This document shows, piece after piece, positions 1 to 11,506 of a stretch of DNA of 64,000 nucleotides. Within the stretch, counting starts at the first letter, position 1, and the number at the start of each line of letters is the position of its first letter. This stretch comes from Takakia lepidozioides (lineage: Eukaryota > Plantae > Bryophyta). The position numbers and the translations under genes are program-made. Under the pieces are notes generated by a model, which had not been told where the DNA came from, searched no databases, and worked only from the letters and a program-made list of their open reading frames with translations. The stretch is taken from contig CM060734.1 in NCBI GenBank assembly GCA_030704615.1, forward strand, positions 24,800,001-24,864,000. Reading direction: 5' to 3'.

Positions 1-330
1 TACATGTCAGATGACCCTCCTCTTCTCTGCAAAATGTGTTATGTTTCACCCTGGAGCACGGCCTCTTTCATTGTTGTTTTGCTACGACTGTTTGGTCTAG
101 AATTCGTGCTTTCTACGCTCCTTGGAAAATTGTACATTCCAATTTGGTCTCTATTCACTTGCTGAATTTGCAAGGAAGGAACATCTGGCACAGGTGCCAT
201 GTCTGGTCTTCCATTCGCTCTCTCACTCTCTAGCATATTTGGAAATCCAGGTGTGCTAAGTGGTATGAGGGAGATTACCCTTGTCTGAGAGCGGTTCTTA
301 AGATGATCTTTTTTTATTCATGGGTTGAGG
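1..330 (+). mobile_element. 3' fragment of an L1-type LINE ORF2 (C-terminal Cys/His region), degenerate
   Basis: TLEHGLFHCCFATTVWS...SLTL*HIWKSRC parallels ETLERCLLGCHAPAKVW...LWHIWKARC in the LINE at 13405-14196. Confidence 0.6.
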
Positions 331-666
331 GGAAAAAGGCTTGTGGGGGGGGGGGGTGCGGTGAGGTTGCAGCTCATTGCAGATGTTCTAAAGAGAAACG
401 GGCCACGTTACTTCAAGAACTCGATTCTTCGTGGGGTTGGCGAGACATCATCTGTACCAGAAGTGGGGACAAATGCTCTTTCCACCCTGCGGTCCCCGAC
501 CAATGGTGGCCCCTCTAATCCCTGGCTCTTGACTTCGAAAAAGACATTAACTGGAAACATAGGAAGAACAGGAACTCCAAAATTAAAGCTCACTTGAATT
601 TTGAGGCCCTCATTAGGTTCCGGTTTTTGCTGCTATGGTCTCCTCTGCTTTTCTTAGCTCTGCAGG

Positions 667-1700
667 TTATGTCAATTTTTCCCTTTGTTGAACTTTCTGG
701 TTCTTGAGTTCTCTTCTGCAGGTCTATGGTGGAAGTGTGCGCTGGCGCACACTTCCAAACAGCTCTTCTAGTTATGTCAATTTTCCCTTTGTTGAACTTT
801 GTGGTTCTTGAGTTCTCTTCTGCAGGTCTGTGGTGGAAATGTGCGCTGGCGCACACTTCCAAACAGCTCTTTCCATTTTTCCCTTTGATGACCTTTCTGG
901 TTTGTTCTCAATTTCGCTGTCGTGCGTCAAAGCACTGTGCTCTGAGACTGCCCAGAGGTCGCTGATTTTAGTCATATGTGGAAGTAGCAGCAGCCCATAG
1001 AGGCAGCTGACAGACCAGGGTAATGGCTTCCAAAGCATGGATATGTTTTGGCTATGTAGAAGATGCACCAGCCCGCAAGGTTTTTCATCTGACTTTCTTT
1101 TATGCTTTATTCTACTTCCAATGAAAGCTGACTGCGTCAACGCGCGTGTCAAAGCTTGGTTCATATAGCTTTGTGGGAGTCACAAGTGCATATACAGTGA
1201 CAACATTGATTTTTTATGGTATCTAGAACGGGCGAGCAGCCTCCCGTGATTTTCTTTTGTTCCCGTCTTTGCTATGATATCCAGCCTTTGTCACCGGGCG
1301 TCAACGCAATGTGCTGTAAGGTAGCCTAGATCGTGGATATTCTTCATACGAAGAAGTGTCAGCAGACCCCAAGAAAATCTCTGTCACGCAGCCCAGCCCC
1401 TGGCATGGAATGGCACAGAGAATGGTTTCATTTCAGTTTTGGAGTCTCTTTAAAGTCTCGTCCATTCTGCTGTGAATTCCAGTTTTGAAATGGCGCAGAG
1501 ATGGTTTCATTTCAGTCTTCAGTTCTCTTTTAAGTCTCATTTCTTTTCATTTCATTTCAGGTGGTGGAAGTGTGCGGTGGCGCACACTTCCAAACAGCCC
1601 TACGAGTTTTCTTCATTTTTTCCTGTTTCAAACTTTCTGGTTTTGAGTTCTCTATTGCAGGTCTGTGGTGGAAGTGTGCGGTGGCGCACACTTTCAAACA
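667..1700. repeat. Four copies of a 26-bp hairpin GGAAGTGTGCG(C/G)-TG-GCGCACACTTCC in ~105-bp duplicated units
   Basis: Copies at about 731, 835, 1566 and 1670; 667-770 and 771-870 are tandem near-duplicates. Confidence 0.85.
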
Positions 1701-2940
1701 CGGCATCTCCTTTCATTCACGAGGTGCTATGTGAGGCCTGGTCTGTCTTCTTTACGATTTTAAAGCATCTCTTTCCAAGCATGATCAGATCAGATCTGTT
1801 CCGTTCTGATCTAATATGACATATCTCTCCTGTCCAGTCATGATTTATGTTTGTTTTCCTGATTGCTAGTGTGACTGGAAATTTTAAAAAAAAAAAAAAC
1901 AAGTCGGAGGGGGCGGAGCAATGAACATCGCTCCGCAATACGCGGTGAGGGGAGTGAGGTCTTAGCCGTAGTTGCAAGTCCCCCCGAGCTGTTGACGAAC
2001 GCCTCCAACACCTCCTTCTGCTCTTCTACTACTCTGTGGATGTGCACATCCGGATTCTCGATTGTTCCCCCCACACACTCTCTCGTCTCTTACTCATAAT
2101 TGCTTACTCTAGAAAGGTGTGAGCTTTATGAAATAAGGGCAGATGGTGTTCTAGCCTTCCCTCATGCTGCCACTTCCGGAAGTCTCGCTCTCCTCATCTT
2201 TTACTTTCAAGCTGCCATCGCCAGCTTCTGCAATATGACCCAAGGATTTTAACAGCTTGGCATGTATCCTCCTCTCCCCCAGGCAGATAGGTCGAAGCTG
2301 CCTGGAGCGAGGCAGCAGCTCCCTCTTCCGAGGAACAGCCAATCCTCAAGTTGAACATGGAGGTGATAAAAGATCACTCCAAAGTGCTCTCAGAGCAAGG
2401 CATTTTACTGCACTTTCCTGGGAGGGTGCGTGACAGGCACTGGGCGCGGATGTGGACAATGGAACACCTGGGGCGTGATAATGGCTAAGTGTCAGTGCCA
2501 CGAGGATAGGGCAGTTAAAGCCACGAGGGTACATGGCGGGTAATGATTTACTTCACACTACCGGCCACAAGGTAGAAAAGGCCGAGTGCTCGGCACTTAG
2601 CAGCATCAAAGCACGGAACACACTACCACGAGGAGCAGTAGTGGGTAGTGTAGCAGCTGTGGGCCGTGAACCATGATATTACACGGCCACGGTAGCATAG
2701 GCTTTACTAGTAGAAGGAGTAGTGAGGGACCGTGGGCCGTGTACCACTAAGGCACACCACCATGAGCCGCGGCAACGACCACGAACCACAAACCACGACC
2801 ATGGACCACTTTTTTGGCAAACCTTTTAGGTTGCGTAGGCAGTTAGGCAACGGTCAGTAACGACCGCAAGCTGTAAACGGCTCTTTCGAGCATAGTATAA
2901 AAGGACTGCACGCAACTTAGGAAGTGTCAGTGTATCAGGG

Positions 2941-2952
2941 TGGAATCAGAGT
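2941..2952 (+). promoter_or_regulatory. Probable primer-binding site (tRNA-iMet type) after an LTR-like region (~2350-2937)
   Basis: TGGAATCAGAGT vs canonical TGGTATCAGAGC, 3 nt after ...TGTATCA; TATAAAA at ~2897. Confidence 0.5.
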
Positions 2953-4037
2953 GATTCGATGTGTACTTATGCTATGATGTGGTGACTCTGAAGTAAAGCC
3001 ATGTTTTTTCCAAGTACGTATGGGTAGAGTGATTATGAGATGGAGAGAATGTGTATTATGAGAGAACGTGAGATAGAGATAATGTGCATCATCTCTGAAT
3101 GGATCTTCTCTGCGATGGCATAAAATACTAAATGTTTAGTCGCAGCTGTAGCAATACAGCCTCGCCTAAGATCCCGATGAATATTGATTATTCCATCAAA
3201 ATAGACAGTAAACAGGGAGGTTGAATCGTGGAACACTAGTGTTGTACCGGCCATTACCGATTACTCAATAATCGTACTACAAACATACCGTCGGACAGCC
3301 TCTGTCAAGTGTCTTTGGGAAATGGATTATGCTGTTAGAAGTCTATTTCGTCTAAGTCACGAACCAATGGTTAATATTTGGCGCCATACTGGGGAGTAAC
3401 GGTATGTTGAGTTCCAGTGAACTCAAGGAAGGATGGCTACTCAGTGATTTCTTGAATCACGAAAGAACGAGTCAACGGAAGCAAAAGAATGGAAAACATT
3501 CCTGGAAAAAAATCATGGCTTACCAGTAGCAATACAACAGAAGATCTTTCTTTCAATTGCGAAAGAAGATGACAAGTGGGGATTGAAGGGAGGAGTGATC
3601 AATATTGCACGAGCACCTTGGGAATGTGGAATTAGAAATGAGGATTGGCTGTCTCGTCTAGCTTTATTGATTACTCTATTGCCAATCAGAAAAGTGTGCT
3701 ACACTAGTTATATCTTCAGGGAAGGCTGCTCAAATTATGAATATTGTCATACGATCATAGAAGCAGTAGAGTACTGGATACCCAAAGACTTGTTACAAGT
3801 CAGATACACTGAGAAAGACAAATGGTATTATTGTGCCCATTAAAAGATTGGTGATCAATCGTAAAGGAAAATTAAGTTGTGCTACGGATTCTGGCAGGAT
3901 AGTGAAATCTTGAAGAAATGGTAGAGACCACTGTAATTTTCTTTACTGACATACCAAGGCTTAGGAGAGGGTAATTAAAAGAAATCCATGTATGATGTGG
4001 GAATGAATGAGGAAAATAGGGAAAAGCTAAGCAAGAC

Positions 4038-7000
4038 ATGACTCGGGCACATGGCCAAGAAGTGCGCGCGAAACCCCGACAATTGAACATAACTCGGGCA
4101 ACCACGGAGCTGTCCGAAGATTCCATCAGCCGCTTAGTGGAGGCGGTGGTCGCCAAGACCTGCAAGGTAGGCAACTACTCTTGTGAGTTGTATCAGGAGA
4201 CTGGAGCCTTGCGTAAAGGGAGTCAGTTAATGTTCGTGAGCGGAATAATTTTCGGAACTAACGTGTCGTTGTTGGTGGACACAGGAGCGTCGCACTCCTT
4301 CATGACACCGGCAACGGCACGGAAGCTGGGACTCCCGACAAGTGATGTGGGGGCCTCTATTGAAGTGCGTTCTGCCAAAGGAGAACCACAACTGGCAACG
4401 AGGTTGGCGTTCGATGTTCCTCTTCAGCTGGGGAGTTGGGAGGGACGTGAGAACTTCACCATTTGCGAGATCAATGGAACGAATCTCATTTTTGGGATGA
4501 CCTTTTTGAGTAAATCCGGAGCAGTCATAGATGGCCGCAAGAGAGTAGTCACGCTACCGTGTGGGAATGGTGGCGAAGTTTTACGGGTGTCGGAAATGCC
4601 CAACCGAGTGGGAGGGCGAATAAACCTGCTGACAGCAAAGGAGTGGGCCGTGGAGGAGCCACACGAGCCCCAGTTTTTGCTTTACGTAAGACAAGTGGAA
4701 GGAGAAGTCGATAGGGAGCCGAGCCCAGATTGGATCAAGGGGATCCTAGAGAAATACCAGGATGTGATGCCGGAGGATTTACCAAGCGGCTTGCCACCAC
4801 GAAGAGAAGTTGACCACAAGATAGAGGTGATACCGGGATCGGAGCCGCTTGCCAAGGCGCCCTACCGGTTGAGCCACAGAGAGTTGGTCAAGCTAAAGGC
4901 CCAGCTCAAGGATCTAATGGCAAAGGGGTACATCCGGCCAAGTAAGTCACCTTACGGAGCCCCGGTACTATTTGCAGATAAGAATGATGGGACGCTGCGG
5001 ATGTGTGTCAATTACAGGGCTCTGAATAAGGTGACTATAAAAAACTGGTACCCTTTGCCAATGATCGGCGACCTCTTCGATCGGTTGGCAAGAGCAAAGT
5101 ATTTCAGCCGGATCGATTCATGTTCGGGTTATCACCAGATCCGGATAGCGGAAGGAGATGAGAAAAGACAGCATGCAAGACAATGTATGGCTCATACGAA
5201 TTTTTGGTGATGTCTTTTGGGCTCACCAAAAGTATGTGAGAAATTTCGCCAAGATCGCGGGGCCGCTGTCAGACCTTTTGTGTAAGTCTAAGGTATGGGT
5301 ATGGAACACTTTTTGTGGCCAAGCTTTTGCCGAGTTGAAGCAGCGGATGGCGGAAGCTCCAGTCTTGAAAATCCTGGAATTCGATCATCCATTTGAGATT
5401 CATACAGATGCGTCGGACTTCACAATCGGGGGTGTGCTCATGCAGGATGGACGTCCAGTGGCTTACGAAAGTAAGAAACTGAATGAAATGGAGCGACGGT
5501 GGCCTACGCACGAGAAAAAAATGAAGGCGGTGGTGCATTGCCTTGAGCTTTGACACCACTATGTTGGTTCCAACCCGGTGAAGGTGTTCACGGACAATGT
5601 CACGGTGAAGTATTTTGCCACGCAGCCTAAGTTATCCCCAAAACAACTTAGGTGACAAGACACTTTGGCAGTGTTTGACGTGGATATCCAGTACAAACCG
5701 GGACGTGACAATGTGGTGGCCGATGCTTTAAGCAGAAAGCAGCAGCTCATGTTGGTGTACAGGGGCGATACGACGCTCCAAAGGAAAATCCAGAAGGCTT
5801 ACCGGAAGGATGAAATGGCGAAGTCCATGATGCGGGACTTGAGGTTGGGGGTTAAATCGCAGTTCCACTTGCACAATGGACTGCTCCGGTACAAGCAAAA
5901 ACGTCTCTAAGTGCCGAAGGAAGGGATCAGAGATAGTCTCTTGAGAGAATGCCATAATGGCCCGCTTGCGGGCCATGGCGGAGCCAAGCGCACCGCGACA
6001 CTCTTGAAGAAAGAGTATTTCTAGCCCAAACTGAGGGAGGAGGCCGAGGAGTATGACAAGACATGCACTACATGCCAACAAATCCGGAGTGAGTACAAAA
6101 AGCAAGCGGGGCTGTTACAACCCTTGCCGATTCCAGAGGGGTCTTGGGAAAGTGTCTCGATGGATTTCATGACTGCTTTGCCACTGTCGAAAGGATTCGA
6201 TGCAATCATGGTGGTCGTGGATAGGTTCAGTAAAATGGGCCATTTCATCTCCACCAAGGAGACGAGAACGACGCAGGAGACGGGACGACTTTACTTCGCC
6301 CACGTCTTCAAGCATCATGGACTCCCGAAGGATATTGTCTCGGACCGCGATCCAAAGTTTACAAGTAAATTTTGGAGGGCACTTTGGAAAAAAAAAATGG
6401 GGACGAGGCTCAAGATGACCACGGCCTTCTGACCTACAACGGACGGCCAAACGGAAAAAGTGAACTCCGTGGTGAAGCAGATCTTGTGGAATTATGTGTC
6501 GGCAGACCAGTCGGACTGGGTGGAGCACTTGGATGCGGCAGACTTATGTTATAATAACATAAAACACTCCGCAACGGGAGTTTCCTCTTTTGTATTGGTC
6601 TATGGAAAAGCACCTCTAGTGCCGACAAGTTGGGCTGCCCAGGACGGTGAGGAACCGGCAGCAACAGCGATACTGGAAGAACGCGAGCGTTTGTTGGAGC
6701 TCGCAAAGTACAACATTGCCAAAACTAGGAAACGATATGAATGGCAGGCGAATCAGAAACGGAGGGAAGTTAAGTTTGAGGCAGGCACGGAGGTCTGGTT
6801 GAACATCGAGAATTTTCGTCTACCTCCGGAAGTAAGTCCGAAGTTCGTACCTCTGTATGTGGGGCCCTTTCGCATCCGGAAGGTTATGAATGAGGATCTG
6901 TATGAATTGGAGCTGCCGGCAAACAGCAAGGTGCATCCAGTATTCCACGTTTTCCTTTTGAAGCCTTACTTCAAAGATGAAGCGCGTCCGAATCGGCATC

Positions 7001-7230
7001 AAGTGTTGCGTCCGCTACCTGTGCTGTTGGATCATGAAAATAAACCTGAGTACGAGGTGGAGGCAGTGCTTAGGTCGAGGAGGTTCAAGAATCGAGAAAC
7101 GGAGTATCTCGTGAAATGGAAGGGCTATCATCAAGTGGAGGCAACTTGGGTGCGTGCCTCAGAAATGGGAAACGCATCCGAGGTGGTTGCAGCTTTCGAA
7201 GGGCGACCTCAAAAGTGGAAGAAGCGTTGA
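4038..7230 (+). mobile_element. Ty3/gypsy chromovirus pol pseudogene: protease, RT (core deleted), RNase H, integrase, chromodomain
   Basis: LVDTGAS protease. RT RMCVNYRALN and GYHQIRI, then a jump at ~5228 to KYVRNFAKIAGPL with no YxDD. RNase H HTDASDF. Integrase HHCC, SMDF, SDRD and GPF motifs. Chromodomain YEVEAVL...EYLVKWKGY...TW. Multiple stops and frameshifts. Confidence 0.95.
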
Positions 7231-7264
7231 TGGGGATATCAACCTTGGATCGTGGGGGAGGAAA

Positions 7265-8120
7265 TGCATGCTTAGTCCGGCTTAGCTAGCTCAAGAATCC
7301 GATTGCAAAAACTTGTGTTGTACAAATTTTATTTATAAATGAAATGGTTTCCAAATGTTGTGATTCCTATTTTGTTTGGAATGGTGATGCATGGTATGGT
7401 TGGCTAGTGTGTAGAATGCATGCTAGCTTACAAAAGTGGGAGAGGTAAATTGGATTAATCGTGTGTTTGCATAGTGCCGAAATCGGGTGGCTCCCATCCA
7501 AGGGGCAAGGAAACTTGCGCCTTCTTTGGGAGTTCACGTGCTAGTGCGCACCTGGCGCGTGCGCGTACTATAACTGCGCTACCGAGGGGGTTGCCTTGTA
7601 GTGCGGGCTAACGCGGAAGCTACGTGCTTCCGTTCACGTACTATAATCGTGTAGCCTTGGGATGAAGTCGTAGTGCGGCTTTGGCGTGTTCCCGTACCTC
7701 AGGCCAGCATTCTAAGATGGACCCAATTATCACACGGACGATCGAGGGTCTAAGTGGTGGTGCACCAGATTTGGAGGGTGCTACTTATGGAACCCCTGCG
7801 GACACCTACAGAAGTATATATAGGGAGTAGTAACCGTGAGAACGGTGCAAGTCCGTTGGTGACCAAAAACTAGTGAGTAAGCGTGCAAGCCGGAAAGCGA
7901 CCAAGGTGTAGGGAGCTGTTCCGGACTGCCATCTACCAAAGGGAATTTCCAGTGAGCCCGATAGGTCGAGGGTTGAGTGGGAGTGTGAGGGGGACCGTTA
8001 TGCCCCGGTGAGCAGCCGAAGCTCCGAGTTGGCCCGGCGGCCGGTTTGGGAGTTAGGCGCGAGCATCAAGGCGAGTAACTATGACTTGAAGGGGAGTTTA
8101 CCGAAGTGAGGTGCGCGACA
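7265..8120 (+). repeat. Putative 3' LTR after a polypurine tract (~7252-7264)
   Basis: GTGGGGGAGGAAA then TG; TATA-like GTATATATAG ~7814; ends ...GTGCGCGACA; 7736-8120 matches 47136-47520 closely. Confidence 0.6.
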
Positions 8121-8166
8121 AGCACCTTCCACGGTAACAAGCCCAAATCGAGGTTTTACTGAATTA

Positions 8167-8665
8167 TTGGAGAAAAAATTTGAAGATCTGTTAAGTGAAG
8201 AAGAAGAAAGAAGTGAAACTGCTTCTCTAGAAAAAGTAACCAGAACAACACTCAAAGCATTTAAAGATTCATTAAGTTCAGTTGGGACAGCAGCTAGCAG
8301 GCGGCTATCCTTGGGACAAGAGCCTCTTAGTTTCGAATCTTTCTTTGGAAGACAGACACCGGTGACACCACTAGTACTGACAATCCCAACACCAACATCA
8401 TCAACAACAGCTGGACCATTTCAGTTTGGACAACCTGCAGCACCAATAGCTCTGGCAGCAAGCAAAACCCCACCACCATTCCCTCTGTATGATGGGAAAT
8501 CTGATCCAGATATCCATCTTAATCAATTTGAGAACATGTGCACTATTTACAATGAAGCTACGGATCAGGAAAAGATCCGATTGTTTCCCTGTTCAATGGC
8601 CAGGAAGGGCATCGAATGGTTGGCAACATTCCCAGCCAATCATTTTGCAACCTGGGATCTGACTG
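8167..8665 (+). mobile_element. Ty3/gypsy gag N-terminal fragment, truncated by a LINE
   Basis: FPLYDGKSDPDIHLNQFENMC...KIRLFPCSM...EWL...TWD retrotransposon gag signature. Confidence 0.75.
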
Positions 8666-9517
8666 GTCATCAACCCAGCCTCACCATTGACAGCATGCTC
8701 TAGGGTTGGATCGGCGATCAAGCCCGAGTCAACCACCTATAAAATCAAGCGTCCACACAAAACTAGCATGGCGCATAATCAAGCATGCAAGTGTGGAGGG
8801 GATCCAAACACAAGAATGAAAACAACAACCCCCCCCCCCACACCAAAAACAACTCCACAGTGTCGCTCCTGCAAGGACACCCCAGCCCAAACCCAGACTG
8901 ACTCTTGTGACTTATCTTCAAGCCAAGGGAAACCTAGAGAACCTTCAGTCCCCAAGACCAAAAACTAAAACTTCAGGCAGGCATCAACTGCTCAATAAAG
9001 GGGAAAAAAATGACAAAGTACTTCTTTGACAAAACTAAGCTACGCAGAGCCTCACAAAATATCACTGAACTGATTGACCAATCCTCAGGCATATCCGCCT
9101 CCTCTCCGAAACAATTGGCAGGCTTGGCAGGTAGGCACTTTGAATCCCTATTCAGCAGTATCTCCAGAGGAGATACTACTTCGTCTCCCCATCAACAAAA
9201 CTGCCTTCTGTCCACTCCTATATTACTTACCCACGAACTGGTTGTCTCCTTGGAAGGACCCTTTACGGAATTGGAGCTCGGGGAGGCTCTCTCAAAGCTT
9301 CCTAACGGGAAATCCCCGGGCATAGATGGGATGCCAGTAGAGTTTTACAAAAGTCCTTGGAAGGACATCTCAAAAGACTTCCTCTCCATGGCAAATCACA
9401 TTTTCAAAGTAGCTCGAACGCCCGCCTCCACGTCTCAAGGGTAGTCACGCTCTTCTTCAAAAAAGGAGACCGTACCAACATATCTAACTACAGGCCTATT
9501 ATCCTACTCAACGTAGC

Positions 9518-11506
9518 GAGGCGTGCTAGATTGTGAGCAGCTCACGTGAGCAGAAAAAACTGAGAGCAAGATTCTGCTCACAGTTTTCGCCCTATTGCCG
9601 CGGACTTGTACCTGCTGGAAGCCCTATTACCGTGGGCTACAAACATCGAAAAATGAGCATTTTGTTTTAAGAGTGAGCTTGCGGGTTAGCAGCAACATTG
9701 TGGAATGGTTGATTGATGTTTGAGTTTGTTTTGAAAAGGAGTTGGATGAAAGGAGTGGATGAACGATGGATGAATGTGCGATGAGAAAAGATGGATGAGA
9801 AAGAGAGTGGATGAATGAAAACGACGAATTCAGACCGGGGACCGCTAAAGGAAGCCCGAAAACACATCTTCAAACATGCAAGGTAGGGAAACTGATGCTT
9901 CATAAATGTCTGTCTTAAAACAATGAGTCATTCCGAAAAGGCACTTCCACTGCTATCTGATTTTGAGCCCAAAACTGATGCATAACTGTCTATAAAGATA
10001 CTAGCCCGGCTTTGCACAAAACCACCTCTATCGCGGACCACAGAAGGGGGAGATGAGAGGAGACAAATGTGCCAGATTAAGATGGCGTTGACGCCACCTT
10101 GATGCCACCTTAATCTGGCTTGAATTAAGCTCCAACAGGGTCTGGGAATTAAGGTGGCGTTGACGCCACCTTAATGCCAAGCCTGTTTCCCTCTACGAAT
10201 ATGGCTGCTCGCCAAGGCTTTTATTTAGTTTTTATTGTTTTATTGTTTTTGGGGTGAATTGTCGTGTTCGAACAGGGACTGGGAATTAAGATGTCGTCAA
10301 CGACACCTTAATCTGGCACATTCGGGAAAAATAAAATTAAAAAAAAATTCAGATTTGTTTTTTGTTTTTTGTTTTTTGTTTTGTTTTTTTTTTCCCCTTC
10401 CGAATGTGCCAGATTAAGGTGTTGTCAACGACACCTTAATTCCCAGCCCCTGTTGGAACATGACAATTCACCTGCCACCTTAATCTGGTTGGTCTTTGGG
10501 GCTGGAATTAAGCTCTAACAGGGGCTGGGAATTAAGGTGTCGTTGACGACACCTTAATCTGGCACATTCGGGGGAAAAAAAGAAAAAAGAAAAACAGATT
10601 TTTATTTATGTTTTCCTTCCGAATGTGCCAGATTAAGATGTCGTCAATGACACCTTAATTCCCAGCCCCTGTTGGAACCTGACAATTCACCTGCCACCAT
10701 AATCTGGTTGGTCTTCTGGGCTGGAATTAAGCTCTAACAGGGACTGGGAATTAAGGTGGTGTTGACGCCACCTTAATGTCGAGCCTGTTTACCTCTGCGA
10801 ACATGGCTCCTGAGTCCCCGCCAAGGCTTTTATTTCATTTTATTTTTTATTTTTTTGGGGGTGAATTGTCATGTTCTTTGTGAGGGCTGCGAATGACACC
10901 ACCTTAATGCCCAGCCTATTGCAATGGTAGAACATGGCTGTTCGCTTAGGTTTTGTTTTAATTTTAAATGTTTTAATTGGTTTTTGGGTTGGATTCTCAT
11001 GTGCCGTTTGAATTAGGGTTACCGTTTTGGGTTACTGGCTTCCGTTTCTGCTTTGGGGTTTATCATTGCGGGCATGGGTTTTCGGTTTATGGTTTTCCAT
11101 GGGGGTTTGAAATTTGGGTTGCGGGATCAGTGTTTGTAGTTACGGTTTCCCCGTGTTTCCCCGGGTATAGAATTTGTCGTCAATGTCGTGTTTGCTGTAC
11201 AATCAGTTTTATTTCAGTCCATGCATCCTCCACTCTTCAGGACTCACGTTCATCCCATATTCATCCATCATCCATCCATCACCTTCTTTCATTCATCCAT
11301 GCCTCTTTCATCCGTCCGTGTTTTATGACAAATTCATTCAGAACAGTTTGCATCCACGACAATAGGCCCTATATTACCTCGGTTGTAGGCTCTGCTTCCC
11401 TAATCTACTTACGCTTAAAATCTGCTCACGCTTAAGGATTCTGCTCACGATTAGTGTGCAAAGCGTGAGCGTGCTCACGTGAGCTGCTCACACGGTAGCT
11501 ACCCTC
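9518..11506. mobile_element. Non-autonomous Mutator-like element (MULE), 1989 bp, 9-bp TSD
   Basis: TSD CAACGTAGC (9509-9517) / CAATGTAGC (11507-11515). Imperfect TIRs GAGGCGTGCTAGATTGTGAGCAGCTCACGTGAGCA / rc GAGGGTAGCTACCGTGTGAGCAGCTCACGTGAGCA. Removing it restores the LINE frame NVAYK. Confidence 0.9.
10070..10910. repeat. Array of ~8 hairpins ATTAAGGTG(G/T)CGT-TG-ACG(C/A)CACCTTAAT inside the MULE
   Basis: Copies near 10076, 10148, 10285, 10413, 10530, 10632 and 10750, partial at ~10895; both orientations. Confidence 0.85.
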
